Part shown: piece by piece, positions 1-12,636 of the stretch | Layout of the letters: the number at the start of each line of letters is the position of its first letter | Numbering within the stretch: the stretch's first letter is position 1 | Assembly (NCBI GenBank): GCA_964016885.1 | Contig: OZ024745.1 | Coordinates: forward strand, 35,030,001-35,094,000 | Direction: 5' to 3' | DNA length: 64,000 nucleotides | Source: Eledone cirrhosa | Lineage: Eukaryota | Translations under genes and position numbers: made by a program | The notes under the pieces: generated by a model | Told to the model about the DNA's origin: nothing | What the model saw: the letters and a program-made list of their open reading frames with translations, nothing else | The model's database searches: none

Positions 1-9
1 TTGCTGTCC

Positions 10-275
10 ATTTTGTAGGATGGCAGAGGAATAATTCACTTTGAGCTTCTTCCAGCCAGTGAAACAATAACTGCAAAAAAATACTACAACCAACTCACAA
101 ACTCAATGCAACTATTAAAAAATGTATGGTAAATTTTGGCAAATCAAAAAGACGTCATTTTCCACCATGATAACACAAGAATGCATATTGCAAAACCTTT
201 CAATACCCACCGTATTCTCCTGACTAAGATTGTTCAGATTTTCATTTGTTCAAGTCGCTACAGAAAAATTTAAAT
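10..275 (+). pseudogene. Mariner-type DDE transposase fragment (degenerate)
   Basis: Translates to DGRGIIHFELLPASETITAKKYYNQL..DVIFHHDNTRMHIA..PPYSPD*DCSDFHLFKSL, matching the mariner HDNA and YSPDL motifs, with stops and deletions. Confidence 0.85.
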
Positions 276-304
276 GACAAAAAATACAAAGTACACACTG
301 CAAA

Positions 305-450
305 TGTGGTTGGCGTTAGGAAGGGCATCCAGCCGTAGAAACCAAGCCAAAATTAGTTCTGTATGAGCAAAACAGAGTTATCTGACCTGGCTTGTCTCTC
401 AATGGGACAGCTTGTCTAATCCATGCAAGCATGGAAAATAGACATTAAAC
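305..450 (+). mobile_element. Short interspersed repeat, 3' portion
   Basis: ggttggcgttaggaagggcatccagccgtagaaacc...catgcaagcatggaaaatagacattaaa. A similar tail is at about 6010-6045. Confidence 0.5.
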
Positions 451-482
451 AGTAATAATTATATATATCCTGACAATATAAT

Positions 483-640
483 TGTTTCTACTTTTGGCAC
501 AAGGCCAGCAATTATCACAGTACATTACTGGTACTTTATTTTATCGACCCCATAAGGATGAAAGGCAAAGTTAACCTCGGCGGGATTTGAACTCAGAATG
601 GCAAGGGCCGTAACTATGCGTCAAAGCATGGCATCCGACC
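483..640 (-). mobile_element. tRNA-derived SINE (MetaSINE-like central domain)
   Basis: Reverse complement has a B-box GAGTTCAAATCCC followed by ttgcctttcatccttatggggtcgataaaataaagtaccag. More than 12 related copies occur (about 3600, 6215, 8720, 11910, 13808, 16540, 23552, 39975, 41795, 42090, 42230, 44740, 45350, 55853). Confidence 0.8.
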
Positions 641-3600
641 AATCAATGATTAGATATAAATATCTATTAGTCAATGTAAATAAACCTCCATCAGTTTTGA
701 TGGTGTGTCTCCTACTCATTAAATTAATGTGTAAGTGGTTGAGTATTGTACAAACATTCACACCCTCCAATTATGCTATACCTCAAAGAGATTTAGCATA
801 ACACTGTGACAAGACTGGCCCTTTGAATTACAGATTCAGTCCATTCAACAGGTTTCTAAACAGTTTCTGCATACCTAATTTCGCTGACAAGGCTTGAGTT
901 AACCCAAGGTTATAGTAAAAGAAAAATAACTAATATACCTTGGGGTAGGATTGAACCTGAAACTTCACAATTTTGAAACAAACTTCTAGACCTTTTAGCC
1001 TCGTCTGCATCAATGTAATCCTGTGCTAATTATCTTGACGAATTTATTAGGCTACAATAATTATTATTGTAGTTTGAAATTAAAGGCAGCTATATTAGTC
1101 AAAATAAATCATGTAGCAACTCAGTAAGAATTTAAAAAATTACAATCAAGCTAATGAAATGGACTTTATGAAGTCCCTGATAAAAATAGCTTCTAGATTT
1201 CCCTTAAACTACACCTTACAATATTAAATAGAACATATACATGGATAGTGTATTACTAAACACTATCTAAATTTTCAAAAAGTGAATGGTTATAGTAGGA
1301 CCACCTTTGAAGACAAGTTGTTTGTATTAATGTTGACCAGGGTTAAATAACAATTCTTAATATCAGTATGGAGGACATTGATAATATGAACAAAAAGAGG
1401 TCAACAATTTGTAATCTAATACATAATCTGAATATAACAAAAAATATACAAAAGGTCATAGTCAATTGTCATTGTCTAAGATTTGTACAGCAAGGGAGAC
1501 AACCACGTCCAGCTAAACAACGGTTATTCGAATTACAACCTACAAAGTAACCCTTTTGTTACCATTGTATTCTTTTCAGAGAGGATCTAAGGGTCTTTAG
1601 TGGGGGAGACAGCGGCTAAGGGATGAATACAAGAGGGGGTGTGGATGTAGTGAGGGTATTTAGTCAGTGCCTCTGTCTCTCTCGCTCAGCCCATCTCTCA
1701 CTATAAGCAAATGGGGGCTCCGGGGGGGGGGCCCAGCAAACGGAACAGATAAGGCGTTTCCCCAGAGGAAGGTGAGGGAGATGCGTTGGAAAAGGCAGTC
1801 CAGCTCGCGAGGCTCACACTAGCGGATAGCCAACTCCGTGCCGAGTAGGGAGGTGGTCCTAAGGCCAAGGACACCAGAAGTCTCGACTGCTATGGGCTCA
1901 ACCGCAAACCTGTCAGAGAGCCTAATAAGAAAAAACAACTGCTTGATATTTTCAAATTTTGAAGAAAATATCTTTGAAAATAGTTAAAAATTTAGAGGGA
2001 TTTAGTAATATAACTAACTTTATTATTATTAGTTGGTGTTTAAAATATAATAAGATAAATAGAAACACTTTAATACAAACAACACTATTGTAGAACTAGG
2101 ACTGGTTTCAGGTGGTTTGGTATCAAAATGGTTTCAAAGAAATGTTGACACAGGGTAATGTAGTCATAGATATAATGTGCCATAAAAAGGAAGTGTTCAA
2201 AGTTGTAACATATTTGATCATTAATTTAAACAATTGTCTGTTTGAAATTGATGATGACGAAAATTATTTATATCTGTGTCTTGTTTTAAATGTGACAGAG
2301 TTAAAATGACTATTAAAAGCTGACACAAACTGATAAACTACAGGTGGTAGATAGCTAAACAGCTTTATCAACATTTTGTCATTGATTCCATTAAAAAATT
2401 AATTCACATCACACCATTTTATTGTCTCATCATAATCATTTTACGTCTGCTGTTCCACGCTTGCATGGGTCTCTAGATTATAAATATGTAAATATGAATT
2501 CTGTATCATGTTTGTATAACATTTTAAACCGTTTTTGTGTTTTGTTTTCATTGGTTAAACAACTGAGTAAACCCCAGATGCTAATCCATTTCATGGTTAA
2601 CCCTCTTGCACCAGTTGCTGTTGATGACATCATTTTTTGCAGTCGAGTGGGCTGGAGTAATGTGAAAATGAAGTGTCTTGCTAAAATGTAATATACCATC
2701 TAGTTCGAAAATCTAACAACCATACGATTGTGAGCCCAAAATACTAACCTTAAGACAGCTCACCTTTAGAGTACAATCAGTACTGTTCTAACAAAGCTCT
2801 TTGCAACAATTTACAGATGTTCTCTGGTCACACTCACTGTCTGAAATACATTGAATCAATGTATGGCTAGGTGGAAGTCTATCGCTAACACATTTGGTCA
2901 CAGATTGTAGTATAAAAGAAAATAGTTAAATAAAAGAAGCTGCATATGTGTTAACCAATATGAAAAAAAATATAGGACGTAAAAACGATGATCATGATGA
3001 CTGACAACTGATACACAAATATATGTTTGCTTTAACTCCTGATACCTAGTCACCAACATTTAATGGTTATGGTGTTAAATTTACAAAATCGTGGGTTTGA
3101 TTCTTGGTCCAAGCAGTGCACTGAGGACTGGGCCCCCTCTCATTAAAACCTCATAGGTGGCCAGCTAAACCTACATAGGTGTGAAATGTAAATTGCATTT
3201 TTTTTTTTTTTGCAAACTGTTTTAAAAGTTTATATTTATCTAAGTTTGCATCATAATGTCATGTTATGCTCCAAACATTAGCTTAATAAGGAAAAAGTAA
3301 CTTTATTAAATCCCTTCAAATTCTTGATTGTTTTCAAAATTATTTGAAATTCAAAGATATGGTTTTCATTAGAGGTAAAGTAACAAAAGGGTTAAAGAAC
3401 AAAATCTTTTCATAATGAAATTATCCAATAAGCTTCTTCTTAGTATAATTATGGAGAATGTTATCAAAATTAGTTCCAAAACTGTTTATTTGCTGAATGC
3501 TATCAGCTGATTTGATTGTTATTGAAAAGGCTTCAACCTAAAGTGACTAAATAGGCAGTTTTCACTGTATTTGATACTGAAAGTATTTAATAGTTGTTTC

Positions 3601-6600
3601 TAATTAAGGCAAAAATGGGAGGAGAAAATCAATTAAATTGACCCCAGTATAGAAGTGGTATTTTATTTTATTGATCCTGAAAGACGTGAAAGGTCAAGTT
3701 AAATTCAGCAAGATTTGAACTCAGAATCTATATAGCAGGAACAAATACTACAAAGGATTTTGTCCAATACTAAGAATTCTACAAATCAACCACCTAAAAA
3801 TATTTGATAATAAAAGCTTTTGATAATTAAAATATCATTGATCCGCATTGTACAGTAAGTAGCTGTCTCAGTTTAATTTCTACAAGTTAAGTTCATGTTT
3901 GTTATTTTAATAAAAAGCAAAATTTTATATTGCATTTATATTTTATTATCCTATTCTTATCTAGTGACAAAGAATTTTAATAAAATCATGAGCACAAATG
4001 TTTCTTAATTGTTTGTATCAAATTTAGAATAGGTACACTGTATCTGTTGTAAGAGGAAAGTAAAAGGGTTGGCACCAGGTTGTAAAACATTGCCTCAAAA
4101 AGAACCTCATGATGAGTATGAAGTCTATCATGAGACCTGCAAAACTAACCCCTACATTAAGTGAGGTAAATGACTTTAAAATGCTTGCCATTTATTAGTT
4201 AAGAAAAATGAAATGAAATTTACAGCTTAAAATTATGCAGGTTTAGCTGACTTCCAAGGTTACATCTTAGAAAGTTTCTCAAGTGGTTTTATGATAAACA
4301 ATGTAAAATGAAGTGTCTTGGTCAAGAACTCACTGCACCGTTTGGCACAGGAATCGAATGTATGGCCTTATATGATCATGAGTTCACTAAGTAATGTGCC
4401 GTAAAACACTGTCTCAAAAAGGACCCTATGAAAAGTATGAAATCTATCAAGTGGCCTGCAAAACTAACCCCTGCTTTAGAAGGGAAAATGGCCTTAAAAT
4501 GCTTGTAGTGTTGTGTATAGAAAATAGATTTTCCCTGCTCACCATTTTTTTTTTTTGATAACTAAAAAAATATCAATAAAGTTTTCTCTAGAAAGACAAA
4601 AATATTTTTGTTAAGCCCAAGGTCAGCTCTGATCAAGTAGACCTGTGATGAAAAGTATCCCAGCTGTGACCATACCATATTTTTTATACACTGTAAATAT
4701 TACTTAAAATTGCTTGTTTTATTTTTGTTTTTTAAAGAATGTACTCAGTGATTTTATCACACATCAACAGATATGACTATAGATATGGACGGAAAGGAGG
4801 TGTGTTTGAAATAGAAAGCAAAATCCCATGAAGCATGCTGGAAAGTCTAGGCTGGTATGGGACATGGGGTAGAGAGATGTTTTGCTTTAAGTATATAATA
4901 TAGCAAACAATACAATGAAAGTGAATTAACCCTTTCATTATCATGTCTAATAAAAGATACTGCCTATGATTTTTAAATAATTTGGTGGGATTTAGTAATA
5001 TAACTTCATTTTTTTGTTATAAAACTTGTATTTAGAGCAAAACTTAAGATTTCTATATAAAATTATGGACAGTCCTTTAGATATATAATATAAATACGTA
5101 AAAATAAACAGGGGTAGTTTCAAGCAAGCTGGTACCAAAAGGATTAAGACAATGCGTAAATTGTCAAGAGAGAGGCATAGACGAAACAAAACTAAAGTAA
5201 CATTTCAGAATAATTTAAAACAGGACAGAAAAACAGGATATTAAAGTGAAATTACAAGTAGTGTGCTAGAAAGAAGACTAGGGACATGGGAGGTGGCATC
5301 ATCATTTTACATTGCACATTAGATATATGGCAAAATGAAAGTGAATGAAAGTGAAACGAAAAACTTTAAATAAATATTCATCAAGATAAAATGAGAGATA
5401 GAAGAAAACACATGACATTGAGTGCTTAAATGAGAGGAAAAGGAGGAAAAACTGGATGCAAAGAATAAAAAAAAAAATGAAAAGTAAAATGAAAGTGAAT
5501 TAATCACCACTAGAAAAAAAGACTAGGTTGGTATGGGACGTAGCATCATCATTTCACATAGCTTTAGATATATGGCGGATAAAATGAAAGTGAATTAAAG
5601 TGAAAGGAAAAACTGGATGTAAAGAAAAAAAAATGAAAAGTAAAATGAAAGTGAATTAATCGTCATCTAGCAGAGATGCACAAATAAATAATTCAGAAAA
5701 ATTAAATAAATCTTTAATGAAATCGACATTAGGAAATTCAAAAGCCAAAAATTTACACCGAAAAAGCAGGTCCTCTCATGTTATTGTCTATTTTATATAC
5801 AAAAAAACGACCCCCCACCTCTCTTGGCATATGGAGGAGGAGTTTAGGGGAAAGAAGTGCCAAGTCATCCAAGTGGAAAGAACCTGCAAAAAAGACCAAA
5901 GAAGGCATGGCGAAAAAGTAGTGAAAGGCTAGCTTATCTAAGGAGGCTGAACTACCTGAAGGAATGAACAGCAACAAGTGGCAAAATGCTTGTGCTAGGA
6001 GACCTATCTAAACTATGCAAGCATGGAGAAATGAATCTAAATTAAAGATATTAAATCATTTTGTTCTCATGGGAAAAGTTGGTGAAATGGCTGATGCAAC
6101 AGGTCTTTCTGGTTGTTCATGAGGTACTGAAATGTACTGTCCAAACCAGGTTTTGTTCTCCACAACCCCTTATTTTATTTTATTTTTTATTCAACTCTTT
6201 TCCTGTTTAGAGTTAGGTTCTAAGTTCAAATCCCACTGAGGTTAGCTTTTCCTTTCATCCTTATGGAGTCGATAAAATAAAGCACCAGTAATGCAATGGT
6301 GCTGATTTAATCGACTTTCCCCTCCCCTAAGATTCTTGGCCTTATGCCTACATCAGAAACCATTATTATTTTTTAATACTTTCATTTTTGCATACCAGTT
6401 TTTTAATTTATCTTTAATATGACAAACTTTAAGTTAAAAGCAAGTATAAAACTACATCTAATAGCTGAAGTAGGAACTTGTCTGTATACTGGTGAATAGA
6501 AGTTTATAGGTGGGCAAGGGCATTGAAACTTTAATTAGTTGATTCATCAACTAATTAATGGATTTGACTAATAAAACTGAAGTGAACGAAACTCCCTAAT

Positions 6601-9600
6601 GTGCAATGTTTTCATTGGCAGTATGATGCTCCCAAAATACAAAAATCATCAACCATAATATGCCATGTGTATTTGTATATTTATTTATATATATCTGTAA
6701 CTTTGAAATTTTCACACACGATGCATTTCATATCTCAATCATGTTGCTACAATAAGAAATATGCTTTCTAATCACAAGGTCCTGAGTTCTAATGCTACAT
6801 TTGTCCCTGTAAATAGTTATTTCTCCAAAGTTATACATTCAATCTTGTATTTTGTACATATATGCTGAACATTTATATAATTATAGCCTAGAAATAAATT
6901 ATCAAAATATAATTCTATCTTCAATCACTTTCAGCATAAATTATAAGATTTCTTTTATCCAAACCATTAATTCATCAAAACCCAAATTTCCCAATTTGTA
7001 TAATTATTTATATATCTGGTAATCCTGGTATTTACAACAAATTAATCTTGGGCCATCAAAATTTAAAATGTTCAAAGCTACCGTCATTCTTGACAACAGG
7101 GGTACTCTAGTACCTAAAATAGCAACGTAATTTATCATAGTTGTTTAGCACCAGGTTAGTCAAGATCAAGTAGATCTATGAAGCAAAGACTTTACAGGGG
7201 TATGTAGAATTACATTATCCAATGTACTTTTCTTTCAAAATATGGTGTGTGAGACAGATATGGCTGACAATAAAACGAAACTGAAAGGAATTGAAAATTG
7301 ACAATAAAATGAAAGTGAATATTTTCTATGAATTGTTTACAGATTGAAGAAATGGCTATATACTAAAAGTGAAACATTTCCAATTCATTCTAATTAAACT
7401 TAGCATAACTTCAGTTAAGTGCAACACACAATCGTTTCAACCTTTCCAGATAATGCATGTTTGTTTTTAATGGAGAGATACATTTTCGAAGGTGTAAACT
7501 ATACTAACGAAATCTAAAATGAAATCAACTTTTTTCCAATCGCAATTTATAGTTGACATTCTCCTGATTGATATTCTTTATCAACATGAAACTGGAAAGC
7601 ATGATGAAAAAAAACTTCCTAGTTAAGGCTTAGATTACTACAAACAGAAATCACCCAATCTACACTTTCGAAAATGCATCTGAAAAATTTCATTGAAAAA
7701 TAAGTACTAAGTTGTAGCGTAGCTATGCCTAAAACTTCAGAAAGACTTAAAATCATTAATTATTACTAGAGTAATTATAAAAATGTGGAGTTAAACGGAA
7801 GTCAACTTTGGATTTGCTGATTTTTTAAACAAAACAAAACTAAAACTTAAAACCGAAGAAGCCTAAACATGGTCGATGGATCTGGTCTGCAAAAAATAGC
7901 AGCCAAATTGCCTCAAATTACACCCTACTTTCTTGAAAAAAGAACACATTGTATAATGTAATCTTAAATAAACACGTAAAAAAAAAATAAAAGAGAGAGA
8001 GAGAGAGAGATGGCAACGGTTGGAACGCCTTTCAACATAAATCTGTTTAATCAGGAATTATCAACATACGTAGTTTCTAAACGGTGAACGGAAATAGCAC
8101 AGGAAAGTCATATTTCATTTAAATGCTGTACAGATAATAGTGGAAGTTAAATATTTTAAGTAGCGTATTAAATGACAACACATGACTTGACTCGTGCTGT
8201 GGGTGGGAAGACCATCCCAAAACAACCACTTAACCATCCTGTGGTCGTTAATGTTCATTCCATTTCTATACGTAGGTATCAAGCATGACAGCAGAAAGTT
8301 AAATATACGATCCACCGGATTCATTTTGTATACTTCGTTCAATGCTTCATTCATGCTCACGACACACGCGATAGAATTCTGTCCGCCGGGGCTGTGGGTG
8401 GGCCCCATCGCGTACCGTTGTAGTTGTTGTATACAGATACACGATACATAAACGTGGTTTTGTCTTTGCGTATTATTTATAAAAACTGTAACAAATAAAA
8501 AAAAAATGAATCTAATCATAACCCCAACTCTTACACTAATGTGTAGGATCGATCGACTTTCGTCAAATCGGACCGAGGAAACAATGTTTTCGTCGGTCTT
8601 TCCAGTTGCTAGTACTATTTACCGGTCGCAACTCCAGGTAGAAGGAGCAACGTGAAATAAAGTGTCTTGCTCAAGGACATAGCTTAATTACCACCAAATT
8701 AATTCTTGGAAACCTCCAGTTCGGCTTTCATTCTTCTGGAAGTTGATAAAATAAGGTACTAGTTAAGTATTGAGGGTCAATTTAATCGACTACCTCCTAC
8801 TGAAAATGTTTGGCTTCATGCCTATGTTAGAAACAATCATTGTGGTCGATAAAATAAAGTGCCAATCAAGTACTGGGGTCGTTATAATCGACTTTATCCC
8901 TCCCCCCTCTGAAAATTGCTGGCCGTGTGACTTAATTAGAAGCTATTATAAAATAATGAGATATCAGGGACAGAATTTGAAGAAAAATTACAAATTTGAA
9001 GAAATACATAGAATGAAAAATCCGTTTTTTTTCCTGCTTTTACATCGAATGTTCAATTTTAATTATTGTCGGGTCTCAAATAATCGCCCTCCCTCCTTCA
9101 CACACACATCTTATTAAATTTTGCTAATCTATCTCCGGTGAAATTTTACTTTAAGTGGTAGCATTCCTGCGACAAATTAATTTTCTATATACATTAAAAA
9201 ACATTATGACAAAAAAGTAGATTACTAGAAATCCCATAAGTTATAAAATAAATAGGATGGGTTGGGGGGGGGGGTCTCAATATGTAAACTAAACGACTAA
9301 TTCTGGTTTTTAAAAAAAAAAATCAACGGAGACAACCTAGAAAAATTATCGATTGAAATATTACAAAATATCAAATGAAATCAAAAATAATCAAATAAAC
9401 CGACAACCCTACGATATATTAATATAGAAGTTTTGTAATAAATATATGCCCATGTATCGTTCGCAAAAAAAAAAAAAAAAAAAAAAATACTAATAGTATA
9501 AGTGGGGAGAAGCCTATATAATTCTATAGTGTGTTCTACCACAAGCCCATAAAATGCGCTCTGTGCATACACAGGGCCCCGTCACTTTTATTGTATCCCG

Positions 9601-9801
9601 AGCTGATCGATATCGAAACAATTGTAATATGACATTAAAGTTTGTACATATGCTGCAACACTGACATCGATTCTACTTTATATATATTATATAAAACACA
9701 TGGCAAACAGGCATATGCCTTCCTAGGTACTCGGAGTTTCTCGAAATCAGCTGATTTTATTGCTACTTCGTTCGCCCGTCATACATAAACACATATATAT
9801 A

Positions 9802-9830
9802 CTAGCAGAATGGCCCGGCGTTGCTCGGGA
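9802..9830 (-). mobile_element. Helitron 3' terminus
   Basis: Reverse complement cccgagcaacgccgggccattctgCTAG|T is a GC hairpin plus CTAG, the same end as at 22179 and 34957. Confidence 0.7.
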
Positions 9831-10169
9831 TTTGCTCTAGGGTTCTTATATATTTGATATATATTTATCCTTATCGAGCCTCGTGAAATAAATACGTTTG
9901 TTTATATTTTGTTATTGTATATGCAAAAATATCTGTACACGAATATATAATTAGGCAAGCAATTATAATTTGGAAGAGTCATTTTGATAATTAATATATA
10001 TATATATATATCAACCCTCAATTTAATTTTCCTTAATGTCAAAATAAATAACTGAATATAATTTTCTTCGATGGCTAAAATGACTCATCTACAATGCAAT
10101 TGTATCGTTTTCAACCCAACCCAGTCCAACATCAAATTACTTGTCAAACAAGCAGAAACAACTCCGAAT

Positions 10170-10199
10170 CACACACACACACAATATATATATATATAT

Positions 10200-10258
<59 letters not shown>

Positions 10259-10300
10259 ATATATATTATATATATATATATAATATATATATATATATAT

Positions 10301-10332
<32 letters not shown>

Positions 10333-10337
10333 ATATA
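10170..10337. repeat. (CA)n/(TA)n microsatellite
   Basis: Direct reading. Confidence 0.95.
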
Positions 10338-10945
10338 GCTGTTTTGTTACAATGTAAACAAACATTACCTTATAGCTAAATCAATATACAATATAAATAT
10401 AGACATAACAGTTTAGTGTAGCCCCGCCCTACTTCGATGCCTCCAACTTTTTTAAGGAACATTAAAAATGAAATTTTGCAAAGATACATTTTCGAATATT
10501 TATATTATTTTTTTTTAAACTAATACTTTCGTCGCTATACATAGTTTCGTTCGTTAAAGCCATCATTTACTGAATACTTCCGATTTGTTTGTAACAGGTT
10601 AACCGTAATGTGTGTGCACACGCGCATATATATATATATATATAAAGTTGTTATAAGCATATTAACTTACAGTTAAATTACTATATAACATATTAAAACA
10701 TTAGAAGAGTTAATACAATGAAATATATTTATATATATATATATTAAATGAAATGAAATATGGTTTCAATGACGTAGATAAAATTTTAGAAAGATTAGTT
10801 AAATTGAATTCTTCCATCTAGTGAATACTTTCGATTTGTGTTTGAAGTAAGCTAATCGTAAACTCAATATATCATTATTAGAAAAGATTAATACTGTGAA
10901 TATATACATTTTCAATCAATTGTTTTGTCATTATAAGTTAAGGAA

Positions 10946-10954
10946 AAAGGATAC
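10946..10954 (-). promoter_or_regulatory. U12-type (minor spliceosome) 5' splice site
   Basis: Minus strand reads CCAAC|GTATCCTTTTT, an exact RTATCCTTT consensus, where GC-rich coding sequence changes to AT-rich intron. Confidence 0.8.
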
Positions 10955-11642
10955 GTTGGAAATTGCTGCGAGGAGTCATAGGTCCATATCTCCGATTATC
11001 TTGCCAAGACCCAGGAGGAATATCTCCTCTATTAACAGGAGGTAACTGACCGTGTCCTCCAGGTCCAAGATTTTCAACACCTGGACCGACTGGACACCTC
11101 GGTGGTGAAGGACGATACGGGTGATGAGACATTGGTGGCATTTGTTGGGACATTCGTGATGGGTGATGAGGTCTTAAAGGTGGTGGAGGTGCCCAGTAAC
11201 CACCACCACCAACGCCTGTATTAGGATTACCACCACACATGTCCGAAGACATCGGGTTATTGTCTCTATTACGGCCACCCGGGTTCATTATTCCACAGGC
11301 TAAAGCAGATGGTGGCGGAGGTGGTCGTCGTTTTTTAAAGTAACCACTCGGACCGTCTTCCCCGCTACGGTTTGGAGAAAGTGCGAATGGGGGGTTATTA
11401 CCACAAGAAGAATCTCTCATATTGTTGCCAAATTTATCAAAATTACCTCTGGAATGATTGTTAAAAAATGGAGGTTTCCTATTATAATGTTGTTTGTTGT
11501 TGTTGTTGTTGTTTTCTACTGGCATGTTCTCGTCTGTTTCACGGTGGGTTTCGTTCCGAACTACTTCGTCGTCATCGTCATCTGAAAGTTCTCCTTCTTC
11601 CTTCGTAGAGTAATTATCCACCACAATTAATATATCTTCCAT
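10955..11642 (-). CDS. First coding exon of a host gene: acidic EEGELSDDDD motif then a Pro/Gly/Arg/Asn-rich disordered region (nuclear RNA-processing factor-like, possibly ZFC3H1-like)
   Basis: Open frame from a Kozak ACCATGG at 11642 (MEDILIVVDNYSTKEEGELSDDDDDE...), with GC content well above the flanks. It is 688 nt long and ends at a phase-1 donor. Identity is not established. Confidence 0.75.
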
Positions 11643-12212
11643 GGTTGTAATGTGTGCGTATCTTTGACAAACTTCTTTCTTCTGTCTCACCTCAGCACAA
11701 TATGGCGTTACTTCTCTTTTTTCTCTTACGTTATTGAAGATTGACTGAACATTCTTCCGCTTACAATTATCTCCCTTTTGTTCTTTTACTTGGCACTCTG
11801 TCATCCCTGCGTAAATCTTATCAAGATGATAGTTATTCGTCCTATCGTTCTCAATTATAAATTATTATTATTATAATTTTCAATTATACTTGTGTTATAA
11901 AATATTTTTTAGTGGTGGATTAGTAGAATTAAGAGAGCGTCGGTCAAAATATTTTGTATTATTTTGTTTCGACGTTTTACACTAAGTTCAAATCACGCCG
12001 AGGTCAACTTCGTATTTCATCTTTCCATACTCATTAATCGATTACTAATCACGTTCTAATCTGACTGTTGCTCTATATTCTGGCTTACTCACTATATAGT
12101 CGATAATAAAATGAAACTGAAAGAGAATTCCAGGAAATCTGTACACAATTTTCATTATTATGGCTAATAAAGAAACCATTATTATAAAATGTAACTAAAA
12201 GGAATGTGACAT

Positions 12213-12600
12213 ACCGCCACTACCATCACCATCACCACCACCGCCACAACGCCCATCACCACCACCATTAACACCACCACCATCACCACCACCATCACTA
12301 TCACCACCACCGCTACAACAACCATTACCACCACCACTAACACCACCACCACCATTACCATCACCACCACCACTAACACCACTACCACCATCACCATCAC
12401 CACTACCGTCACAACGACCATCACCACTAACACCATCACAACCACCACCACTACCATCACCATCACCACCACCGCCACAACGACCATCATCACCACAACT
12501 AACACCACCACCACCATCAACACTGCCACTAACACCACCATCACCATCACCACCACCGCCACCACTATACCACCACCTCCACCACTACACCACCACCACC
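12213..12600. repeat. Degenerate (CAC/CAT)n trinucleotide repeat
   Basis: Direct reading. It produces a spurious poly-Val ORF. Confidence 0.95.
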
Positions 12601-12636
12601 AGTTAGATCTGATTTCCTGGAAATCACTATCATATT

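Noticed and set aside
7610-7630. CCTTAAC on the minus strand as a U12 branch site
   Set aside because: The AG is only 1-3 nt downstream and no coding exon follows.
8115-8519. 134-aa and 85-aa overlapping ORFs as a possible exon 2
   Set aside because: No recognisable motif and no U12 branch point or acceptor nearby.
10071-10357. YI-, CV-, HT- and SL-repeat ORFs here and throughout the window (e.g. 22287-22659, 52498-53418)
   Set aside because: They are translations of dinucleotide microsatellites, not genes.
12182-12600. Poly-Val hydrophobic ORF resembling a membrane protein
   Set aside because: It is a trinucleotide repeat read through from a LINE fragment.
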